32,000 nucleotides of DNA from Caedibacter taeniospiralis (GTDB lineage Bacteria > Pseudomonadota > Gammaproteobacteria > Francisellales > Francisellaceae): positions 42,289 to 74,288 of the forward strand of contig NZ_PGGB02000001.1 in the NCBI RefSeq assembly GCF_002803295.2, in the 5' to 3' direction. The notes beneath the pieces were generated by a model. That model had not been told where the DNA came from. It searched no databases and was given only the letters and a program-made list of their open reading frames with translations. Of the stretch, positions 1 to 7,890 are shown one piece after another. Position 1 is the stretch's first letter; each line of letters opens with the position of its first letter. The position numbers were made by a program, and so were the translations under genes.

Positions 1-1236
1 CTACACGTTAAAGTAGGGGATAAGATCAAAGTTGGTGATAAATTGGTTGATCTGGAGGCAAGTAAATCAGCAGGGGAAATTTTATCTCCAAGTAATGGCA
101 CCATTGAAGAGATTTATGTGACACAATCAGAGCGTGCCAGCGTTGGTGATAACTTATTAAAACTGCGCCTACCCGAGGGCTCCCATGATGAGCAAAAAAC
201 TCAAAAGCGCCCAATATTAACGCGCAAGATTCAAGAAGAAATCGCAAGACAAAATAAGCAGCACAGCATCTACCCTGTAGGGATAAGCACACCAAGCTTT
301 AAAACAGGATCAAGATTAGTCACTAATGATGAGCTATTAAAGCATTTCCCTGAACACAACTCCCATGACATCATTGATCGCACGGGAATTGAATCACGGT
401 TTTGGCTTAAGGATGATGAGAATATCGTTGAGCTTGCAGCAGAAGTTGCCACAGAGGCTTTGACAAAGGGCAACTTAGGTCTTGCTGATATTGATATGGT
501 GATTTGCGCAACGACAACCCCTGATCAATACATATCACCATCCATGGTCTGCTTGATTTTAGAAAGACTCTACCAAGCTTATGGTGAACACCATATCCCC
601 GCCTATGATATCAATGCAGCGTGCAGCGGTTACTTGTATGCGCTGCAAAATGCACGCGATTATTTGCAAACAAGACCTAATAAGCGGGTGCTTTTAATCA
701 CTGCTGAATACATGACAAAACGCATGGATCCGACGGATTTTGATACGGCATTTTTATTTGGTGATGCTGCCACTGCTACCATTATTAACGGTGATCAGTA
801 TCAAAAAGATTCCAGAGCAGTTATTGAGGAAATCTCATTGACCGCAATTGCTGAAAGTGGAGAAGTGCTTAACATTCCAACGGCTGAATCGAAGTACACC
901 CAATTGCAAGGCAAAAAACTGTTCACCTTTGCGGTTAAAACCATGTCGATGATCATGCACAAATGTTGTCAGCAAGCCAATATCGCGCTAAACAGTGTCG
1001 ATCTAGTGATTCCTCATCAAGCCAATCAGCGTATCTCAAATGCGGTAGAAAAGCGCTTAAAAATGCACCCTGGAACTTTGTATAGCAACATCGCTCGCTT
1101 TGGAAACACCTCATCGTGTACGATTCCTATTGCACTAAGTGAAACACTCGATAAGCAATCGGCAGACAAAACAGTTGCTCTTTGTGCTTTTGGTTCAGGT
1201 TTCACTGCAGCTGCTGCACTTTTACGCACAAAGTAG
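1..1236 (+). CDS. Beta-ketoacyl-ACP synthase III (FabH-like) with N-terminal biotinyl/lipoyl-like domain, 5'-partial at window edge
   Basis: The frame is open from base 1 (LHVKVGDKIKVGDKLVDLEASKSAGEILSPSNGTIEEIYV...), so the TTG at 43 is not necessarily the start. KAS III catalytic residues are in context: Cys in NAACSGYLYAL, His in VIPHQANQRI, Asn in ARFGNTSSCTIPIAL; C-terminal GFGSGFTAAAALL-like motif. Confidence 0.85.
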   Translation, partial: LHVKVGDKIKVGDKLVDLEASKSAGEILSPSNGTIEEIYVTQSERASVGDNLLKLRLPEGSHDEQKTQKRPILTRKIQEEIARQNKQHSIYPVGISTPSFKTGSRLVTNDELLKHFPEHNSHDIIDRTGIESRFWLKDDENIVELAAEVATEALTKGNLGLADIDMVICATTTPDQYISPSMVCLILERLYQAYGEHHIPAYDINAACSGYLYALQNARDYLQTRPNKRVLLITAEYMTKRMDPTDFDTAFLFGDAATATIINGDQYQKDSRAVIEEISLTAIAESGEVLNIPTAESKYTQLQGKKLFTFAVKTMSMIMHKCCQQANIALNSVDLVIPHQANQRISNAVEKRLKMHPGTLYSNIARFGNTSSCTIPIALSETLDKQSADKTVALCAFGSGFTAAAALLRTK

Positions 1237-1297
1237 TTGGCAGCGCACGGAAAACTGGTTAGATTAATTTTTGATAAATAAAGTTAAGAAAAATATT

Positions 1298-3601
1298 ATG
1301 GCGAAAAACCTTGTTATTGTGGAATCTCCTGCAAAATCCAAGACAATACAAAAATATTTAGGTAATGATTTTGAAATTCTTGCATCTTACGGTCATGTTC
1401 GTGATCTGGAGCCCAAGGAGACATCGGTGGATGTCGATGATCATTTTAAAATGAAATATCAGCTGATTGAACGCAACAAGCGTCATATTGATGCTATCAA
1501 AAAATCAGCAAAATCGGCTCAGGAAATTTATCTGGCAACAGATCCAGATCGCGAAGGGGAGGCGATTTCCTGGCATATTTATGAGCTTTTAAACGAGGCA
1601 AACCTCCTTAAGGATAAAACGGTTCATCGCATTGCTTTTAATGAAATCACCAAGTCAGCAGTTAATGCCGCAGTAGCTAATCCACGCGAACTTGCGATGG
1701 ACCTAGTCAACGCCCAACAAGCAAGGCGAGCACTCGATTTTCTTGTGGGCTTTAAGCTTTCGCCACTTTTATGGAAAAAAGTGCGCCGCGGACTTTCAGC
1801 CGGGCGTGTGCAAAGTCCTGCTCTTAGAATGATCGTTGAACGTGAGCTTGAGATAGAGGCATTTGAATCCAAAGAATATTGGAGTGTCACGGCAGAGCTT
1901 AAAAAACACAAGAAATTTATGGCTAAGCTTGTGCAGTTTAATCAGCAAAAGTGCGAACAATTTAGCTTCACCAATGAAGTGGATGCCCAAAATGCCTTGA
2001 GTCTTATTAAGAAAGATGCCAATGGCGAGCTCATCGTCAATGCCATTGAAAAGAAGCAAAAGAAACGCAATCCACTGCCTCCTTTTATCACATCAACGTT
2101 ACAGCAAGATGCTGTGCGAAAGCTTGGATTTACCACCAAAAAAGCCATGATGTTAGCTCAACAGCTGTATGAAGGTATTGAGTTAGGAAGTGAGGGTGCC
2201 GTGGGTTTAATTACTTACATGCGTACTGATTCAACTAATCTATCGCAGGAAGCGCTTACTGAACTTCGCACTTTCATTGTCAAAGAATATGGTCAGGACC
2301 ATCTGCCAAGCAGCGCACGCATTTATAAAACCAAAAACCAAAATGCCCAGGAAGCACACGAAGCCATTCGCCCTACCTCAGCTTGGCGCAAACCTGAAGA
2401 TGTCCGGGCTTTTTTATCTAATGAGCAATTTAAGCTCTATGATCTGATCTGGAAGCGTACGATTGCCTGCCAGATGATTCACGCCTTAATGGACACCGTT
2501 GCCATTGATTTTGTCACTCAGAATGAGGCGCATATCTTCAAGGCCACAGGATCGGTTATCGCAAGTCCCGGATTTTTAGCCGTCTATCAAGAAGCAAAGG
2601 ACGAAGATGATGCTGGTGATGATAGTGAAGGGCTTATTTTACCCGAGTTTAACCAGGGTGAGAGAGTGCCTGTGGTTGATATTATTGGTAAGCAGCATTT
2701 TACCGAACCCCCACCGCGTTACACCGAAGCTTCACTGGTTAAGGCACTGGAAGAATACGGCATTGGGCGTCCATCAACTTATGCCACGATTATCTCCACG
2801 CTACAGCAACGTGATTATGCGATTTTAGAGAAAAAACGCTTTAGTCCAACCGATGTTGGACGTATCGTTAATAGCTTTCTCACCGATTATTTTCACCGTT
2901 ATGTTGAATATACTTTTACGGCAAAACTCGAAGATGAACTCGATAACATTGCTGAGGGTAAAATCGAATGGATCCCCGTGCTTGAAAAATTCTGGCAGCC
3001 ATTTATCCAGCAGGTCACAGAGATTGATGCTACGGTGAAAAAGAGTGATGTCACGCATGAAGAAATGAATGAGGACTGCCCTGAATGCGGGCATAAGCTT
3101 TCCATTCGCCTTGGTCGCACAGGACGCTTTATCGGTTGTACCAATTACCCTGCGTGCACTTACACGCGTGCAATCGTCAAGGATAATGAGGAACCCGTTG
3201 AAAAAGAAGCACCTGAAATTGTACCAGATCGCAAATGCCCTGAGTGCGCGTCAGATCTACTCATTAAACAGGGAAGATATGGCAAGTTTATTGGTTGTTC
3301 AAGTTATCCCAAATGCAAGCATATGGAACCACTGGAGAAGCCAAAGGATTTAGGAATTCAATGTCCTAAATGCAAAAAGAATAATTTTGTCGAAAAGAAA
3401 TCACGCAAAGGCAAAGTGTTCTACACCTGCGCAGGCTTCCCCAAATGCAAAAACTCATTTTGGTATCCTCCCATTGAAGAACAATGCCCTAAGTGCCACT
3501 CCCCCATTCTATTGCACAAAACAACTAAAAAAGATGGTGAACAAAAGGTCTGCCCGAATGAAGCGTGTGACTATTCTGTCAGTCTCTCACTCCCTGGCTG
3601 A
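1298..3601 (+). CDS. topA: DNA topoisomerase I
   Basis: MAKNLVIVESPAKSKTIQKYLG start, TOPRIM DPDREGEAISWH, active-site region GLITYMRTDS, four C-terminal Cys4-type zinc ribbons. ATG at 1298 preferred over the upstream TTG at 1271. Confidence 0.97.
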   Translation: MAKNLVIVESPAKSKTIQKYLGNDFEILASYGHVRDLEPKETSVDVDDHFKMKYQLIERNKRHIDAIKKSAKSAQEIYLATDPDREGEAISWHIYELLNEANLLKDKTVHRIAFNEITKSAVNAAVANPRELAMDLVNAQQARRALDFLVGFKLSPLLWKKVRRGLSAGRVQSPALRMIVERELEIEAFESKEYWSVTAELKKHKKFMAKLVQFNQQKCEQFSFTNEVDAQNALSLIKKDANGELIVNAIEKKQKKRNPLPPFITSTLQQDAVRKLGFTTKKAMMLAQQLYEGIELGSEGAVGLITYMRTDSTNLSQEALTELRTFIVKEYGQDHLPSSARIYKTKNQNAQEAHEAIRPTSAWRKPEDVRAFLSNEQFKLYDLIWKRTIACQMIHALMDTVAIDFVTQNEAHIFKATGSVIASPGFLAVYQEAKDEDDAGDDSEGLILPEFNQGERVPVVDIIGKQHFTEPPPRYTEASLVKALEEYGIGRPSTYATIISTLQQRDYAILEKKRFSPTDVGRIVNSFLTDYFHRYVEYTFTAKLEDELDNIAEGKIEWIPVLEKFWQPFIQQVTEIDATVKKSDVTHEEMNEDCPECGHKLSIRLGRTGRFIGCTNYPACTYTRAIVKDNEEPVEKEAPEIVPDRKCPECASDLLIKQGRYGKFIGCSSYPKCKHMEPLEKPKDLGIQCPKCKKNNFVEKKSRKGKVFYTCAGFPKCKNSFWYPPIEEQCPKCHSPILLHKTTKKDGEQKVCPNEACDYSVSLSLPG

Positions 3602-3660
3602 TGTAAAACCGTAGATTTTCCCCTCGTGACTTGCCATTCAATCCAGGGTGAATTATGCGC

Positions 3661-3908
3661 TAATGGCACTAAGTTAAGCAATAACTACCGCGCCTCGCAG
3701 AGGCTCGGCACCCCTTCACAAGTGAAGGGGAATTTTCTGAAAGCGCACCGCCTAATTCCCCTTCGTTAGCGAAGGGGGCGAAGCCCGTCTTGGAGAGCAT
3801 AAACTGCTTTATGCTCTCAAGGCTGAGCGCTGTAAGCTCTGCGCGCAGCTGGAGGACAATGCGAAGCGGACGGGCTAGTCCTAAAAACAGCTTAACTTAG
3901 TGCCATTA
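3661..3908. mobile_element. Candidate MITE-like element with 19-bp perfect terminal inverted repeats
   Basis: TAATGGCACTAAGTTAAGC (3661-3679) and its exact reverse complement GCTTAACTTAGTGCCATTA (3890-3908) bound 248 bp; TTATGCGC occurs at 3653-3660 and 3911-3918; internal hairpins at 3711-3730, 3758-3777 and 3793-3818. Confidence 0.6.
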
Positions 3909-3910
3909 AG

Positions 3911-4585
3911 TTATGCGCGCTTCTCTAAGAATTCCCCTTTTAAAAAGCTTGACACATCCTCAACAAAATAATCGATTTCTGGGTGAGCAATAAAGCGTGC
4001 GTGTGCGGTGTCATCGGCATTTACCAACACAGTTGTCATGCCCATTTGTTTTGCGGGGATAAGATTATGCGATGAGTCTTCAAAGAACACCGCCTGCCTT
4101 GGATCTATGCTCAAACGATCAAAACAATACTGGTAGGCTTCTGGATTGGGTTTTGGTACCAACCCAGTGCACTCTAGTGTGACGACATCGTGGATGATTT
4201 TATCCAGCGTAAGCTTAGACATGACTCGATTTGCATGATAAAGCGAGCCATTGGTAAAAATCGACAAATGCTTGCCTTTAAGCTTAAGCTCACTGAGCAA
4301 ACCCAGAAGCTCATCATTAAGCTGCAAACGTTCCAAGGGCACATTATCAACCACCGCCAAAAATTCATACGGATCGACCCCATGATGATGCATTAAACCG
4401 TGCATGGTCGTGCCAAAGCTGTGATAATATTCTTCGCGTAAAAATTCCGCTTCTTTTCTTGTCACCTTGAGTTTTTCAACGATAAAGTCAGACATATTAC
4501 TTAATTGCAGGTCAAAAAACGTGGAACTCGCCGAATAAAGCGTATTATCCAAATCAAAAACAAAGTGTTTAAAGTTCAAGTTCAT
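3911..4585 (-). CDS. HAD-superfamily hydrolase, pyrimidine 5'-nucleotidase-like
   Basis: HAD motif I FVFDLDNTLY, motif II LSIFTNG, motif III/IV KPNPEAYQYCF and AVFFEDSSHNLIPAKQMGM. Confidence 0.85.
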   Translation of the reverse strand: MNLNFKHFVFDLDNTLYSASSTFFDLQLSNMSDFIVEKLKVTRKEAEFLREEYYHSFGTTMHGLMHHHGVDPYEFLAVVDNVPLERLQLNDELLGLLSELKLKGKHLSIFTNGSLYHANRVMSKLTLDKIIHDVVTLECTGLVPKPNPEAYQYCFDRLSIDPRQAVFFEDSSHNLIPAKQMGMTTVLVNADDTAHARFIAHPEIDYFVEDVSSFLKGEFLEKRA

Positions 4586-4753
4586 AAAATAGCATCTTAT
4601 TTGATTATGCCCCTAGATTAGAGGGTTTAGCCATTATTTAAAAGCGCTTTTATCTGTACATGCAGAAAAAATTTGCAGGATGTGCTGTTTGAAGCATCAC
4701 TTTTCTTGAGATCTTGGCACGGGCTTGCTGGCTGGTGAAAGCACATTAAGACC

Positions 4754-5605
4754 TTATTTCAATTGTTTAAGCTCGCCCACACTTAAGCCAGTTGCTGCGG
4801 ATATTTGCTCATCCGTAAGACCCAATTGTTTTAAATTCTTCGCTACCTCAAATTTGCCCTTGACAATTCCTTCCGCTCTAGCCTCTGCTTTGGCAATCTC
4901 CATATTATTCACATAAGCATAATGCTCATCCTCGATTTTCTCATATGCCAAAAGTTCTTCTTCTGTCCAGTTAAATGACTTCATTTCATCTAAGGCTTCG
5001 TGAATCGTTACCTCTTGCATAAGGTGACTGGGGAAATGCTCGCCTTCTTCGGCATGTTTGAAAAAGTAAATCCATTTATCCAGAATGCTGGTGAGCTCAT
5101 CCGCGGACTTATGGAATTTGTCCAGCTCGATAAAGGTATAACTAAAATCTTTAAGATAATTCTTATGGGTGGTTTGCTCAAGCATCACATGATAGGAAAT
5201 ATAGTGATTATGTTCTGGCAGAATGGTTTTGTTACAGATCGCGAGGAAAACCACTTCTTTCAAATCTTTATACTCGAGCTTTTTGACACGCTGCCCAATA
5301 TAGGCACGTGAGGCATAGTACTGTGCGCGCTTGAGATACTCCAGAGTCGAAACCACCTGCATTTCGATGATAAATTTGTTGCCATTTTGATCCTGGCACA
5401 TCACATCGACGATGCTTATGCGCTGTTCATGCACCTCAGGCAAGTAAATGGTGGGCAGAAACTCTACGCTTTCAATGCGGCTCGCGCGAGCCAGCACGTC
5501 ATTTAAAAAATGAATCAGGATGCCCTTGTTTTTCTCGGTGCCAAATAAGCGCCTAAAGGCAATATCGTTCTTAGGATCTAAATATTTCTGGATGGGCATG
5601 ATCAA
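4754..5605 (-). CDS. Rpn family recombination-promoting nuclease / PD-(D/E)XK transposase-like protein
   Basis: N-terminus YLDPKNDIAFRRLFGTEKNKGILIHFLNDVL, core IVDVMCQDQNGNKFIIEMQV, C-terminal GLTDEQISAATGLSVGELKQL, all typical of the family. Confidence 0.88.
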   Translation of the reverse strand: MIMPIQKYLDPKNDIAFRRLFGTEKNKGILIHFLNDVLARASRIESVEFLPTIYLPEVHEQRISIVDVMCQDQNGNKFIIEMQVVSTLEYLKRAQYYASRAYIGQRVKKLEYKDLKEVVFLAICNKTILPEHNHYISYHVMLEQTTHKNYLKDFSYTFIELDKFHKSADELTSILDKWIYFFKHAEEGEHFPSHLMQEVTIHEALDEMKSFNWTEEELLAYEKIEDEHYAYVNNMEIAKAEARAEGIVKGKFEVAKNLKQLGLTDEQISAATGLSVGELKQLK

Positions 5606-5677
5606 CTACCTTGGTTAAAACTGTGCGGATTATAACATTACCCGATTGCCATGCAATTCCCCATCTTTAAGATACCT

Positions 5678-5776
5678 TTAGGCTGGTGGCTCTTCATAAC
5701 TGTCAAACCACTCATCAAGATCAGAGTCTTTCTGTGACATGGTTTTATATTCAGCTGCAAAATCAATACTCCAAAC
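5678..5776 (-). pseudogene. Possible C-terminal remnant of a small protein gene
   Basis: Minus-strand open frame VWSIDFAAEYKTMSQKDSDLDEWFDSYEEPPA* has protein-like composition but no convincing start; a TGA lies immediately upstream. Confidence 0.25.
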
Positions 5777-5880
5777 TCAGCAAGAGCTTCCCGCAACCGT
5801 TATTGCGCTGCTTTTGCAAAGCCTGGCAGTTGTCAAACTATCAATAGTTTCGATATGCCCGCGATAAATTACTTTCGGCA

Positions 5881-5906
5881 GTTTCTTTTTTCCCGAAAAA
5901 AGAAAC
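5881..5906. terminator. Perfect hairpin, possible bidirectional terminator
   Basis: GTTTCTTTTTT-CCCG-AAAAAAGAAAC, 11-bp perfect stem. Confidence 0.5.
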
Positions 5907-5907
5907 C

Positions 5908-5932
5908 AAAAAGCTTGTCCTACAAGCTTTTT
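5908..5932. terminator. Second perfect hairpin, possible bidirectional terminator
   Basis: AAAAAGCTTGT-CCT-ACAAGCTTTTT, 11-bp perfect stem with A/T tracts on both sides. Confidence 0.55.
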
Positions 5933-6145
5933 AACGCCAGTAAAATGGAATTTTTGCAAACTCGTGCATATCACTCAAACATACAAAAATCTACTCCATT
6001 TTCCTTGGCTAAAAACTTTAATGGGCAAGTAAGCTACCCATCCCTCAGAACCTGGTGTAACCATAAGCCTCAGATGCTCTGTGCGCATGGAAAGTTTTAG
6101 GCGCTTTGGGTGCAAGAAGGTTTTTAACTGTTTGAGTGAAACGAG

Positions 6146-6181
6146 TTTTAACCTGACCACTTTCAAGTGGTCAGGTTAAAA
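6146..6181. terminator. Long perfect inverted repeat, terminator-like or repeat element
   Basis: TTTTAACCTGACCACTT-TC-AAGTGGTCAGGTTAAAA. Core shared with 16520-16545. Confidence 0.55.
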
Positions 6182-6335
6182 ACCGCGCCCAAATCACCGT
6201 TTAAAAACTTTCTGCGCTGGATTTCTCACCCCTCTGCCATACGCAGAGGTTATAGCATTAAATACCAGGCTAGGCTGCTGCAATGTCGGTATTACTTAAG
6301 GATAGCTGGACAACACAAAACGCCTTTGAGAGGCT

Positions 6336-6405
6336 TGAGTCGTGTGACGGGAAACTCTCGTGCACGGTTCTTAGGAAAGTGATCGCCAGCAATGACCATT
6401 GCTTA
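6336..6405 (+). mobile_element. Group II intron 3' remnant (domain V and possible domain VI), no reverse transcriptase ORF
   Basis: 34-nt GAGTCGTGTGACGGGAAACTCTCGTGCACGGTTC (6336-6369) resembles the canonical domain V GAGCCGUGUG..GAAA..GCACGGUUC, preceded by CTTTGAGAGGCTT and followed by TTAGG and a hairpin-forming segment. The 3' limit is approximate. Confidence 0.65.
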
Positions 6406-6441
6406 TCATTTTCCAAGCACATCTCGCCCTCTTCTAGACGG

Positions 6442-7884
6442 CTAAAACAACCCATAAACAGGGACAATAAGAGCTACCAACAGTGTAGGGAATAGACCAA
6501 GAAGTAGAATAAGACCTGCGTTAATGCTCAGACCAAACAGCGTCACTTTGTTGGCATAGACTGGGGTTTGGTTTTTGGGCGGATCAAAGTACATCGATTT
6601 GATTACGCGCAAATAGTAGTAACAGGCAATCGCGGACATGACCAAAGCATAAATCGCCAGACCAATATTGTCTGTATCAACTAAGCCCATAATAACAAAT
6701 AGTTTGGCGGTAAACCCTGATAATGGCGGGATTCCTGCCATCGAAAACATCACGATCAACATCAGAAAAGCAACCCATGGGTTGCGACGATTAAGACCTG
6801 CAAAATCCGCCAAATGTTCAACCTCATTACCCTTGACGCTTAACACGATCAGCACACCAAAAGCCGCAGCCGAGGTAAGCACATAGATCACGATGTAGAA
6901 TAATGCGGTAGAAACAGCAAAAGCATCTGGCTTCAGCACCAGTGCCAATAGTACAAAACCAATATGGGAAATCGTTGAATAGCCCAGCATCCGTTTGACA
7001 TTTTTCTGCGCTAACGCCAGTAAATTACCTAAGAAAATCGAAAGAACTGCCAGCACCGTCAATACTTTCGTCCACGCAAACACTTGAGCTGGCATGCCAA
7101 TCATTAAAATATTTACCAACATTGCAAAGGCTGCCACTTTGGGTACTGAGGCTAAAAATGCCGTCACTGCATTTGGTGATCCCTCATACACATCAGGCAC
7201 CCACATATGAAATGGTACAGCTCCTAGTTTAAAGGTGGCGGTGGCAATCATCAGCACCATTGCAATAAGCACAATTTTTGAATGCACTTCATCAGGTGTT
7301 GCTAAAAATTTACCAATCTCTGAAAGATCCAGACTGCCTGTCACCCCATAAATAAACGACATGCCATAAAGAAGGAGACCTGACGCAATCGCCCCTAATA
7401 CAAAGTACTTGATCGCAGCTTCCGCACCTATGGCAAAGCCTCGACGAATTGCCAAAAGCGCATATAGAGGCAAAGATAAAAGCTCTAAGCCAATGTAGAT
7501 GGTGAGTAGACTATGTGCTGAAGTCAATACTATCGCGCCTAAGATAGACAACAGGGCTAACACATAAAACTCACCTTGCGGCAACTGCCTATCCTCGATG
7601 TATTCCTTACAATATATAAAGACAAAAAATGCCACAAGAACGATAACTTCCTGCAAAACAAAGGTTAATTCATTCGATAAGGTTTGCCCTTCAAAACCGA
7701 CATGGACGTGCGTGAGCAGCGATTTCAATAAGATCCAGGCAGCAATGATCAAAGAAATCTGCGTCAAGATATAGGCGATATTCTTAATTTTCTTACCCAG
7801 GAATAAATCTGCAAGCATTACAACCAATGCTGCAGCACCCAAAGTGATTTCAGGAAATATCGTTGAAATATTCATTAATATCAT
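6442..7884 (-). CDS. nuoN: NADH-quinone oxidoreductase subunit N
   Basis: Multi-helix proton-channel protein with FKLGAVPFHMWVPDVYEGSP and LSMAGIPPLSGFTAK-like motifs; last gene of the nuo operon. An internal ATG at 7875 may be the true start. Confidence 0.95.
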   Translation of the reverse strand: MILMNISTIFPEITLGAAALVVMLADLFLGKKIKNIAYILTQISLIIAAWILLKSLLTHVHVGFEGQTLSNELTFVLQEVIVLVAFFVFIYCKEYIEDRQLPQGEFYVLALLSILGAIVLTSAHSLLTIYIGLELLSLPLYALLAIRRGFAIGAEAAIKYFVLGAIASGLLLYGMSFIYGVTGSLDLSEIGKFLATPDEVHSKIVLIAMVLMIATATFKLGAVPFHMWVPDVYEGSPNAVTAFLASVPKVAAFAMLVNILMIGMPAQVFAWTKVLTVLAVLSIFLGNLLALAQKNVKRMLGYSTISHIGFVLLALVLKPDAFAVSTALFYIVIYVLTSAAAFGVLIVLSVKGNEVEHLADFAGLNRRNPWVAFLMLIVMFSMAGIPPLSGFTAKLFVIMGLVDTDNIGLAIYALVMSAIACYYYLRVIKSMYFDPPKNQTPVYANKVTLFGLSINAGLILLLGLFPTLLVALIVPVYGLF

Positions 7885-7890
7885 TTGTCG

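Noticed and set aside
26-295. Minus-strand ORFs at 26-295, 270-473 and 1026-1229
   Set aside because: Antisense to the conserved KAS III-like coding frame, with no recognisable protein features.
1624-3144. Several 60-95 aa ORFs antisense or out of frame within topA
   Set aside because: They overlap a strongly supported topA frame and lack family features.
5777-6495. Short ORFs (5777-5974, 5855-6100, 5975-6166, 6167-6382, 6270-6467, 6283-6495)
   Set aside because: Low-complexity or random-looking translations covering the hairpins and the intron domain V-like sequence; better explained as non-coding.
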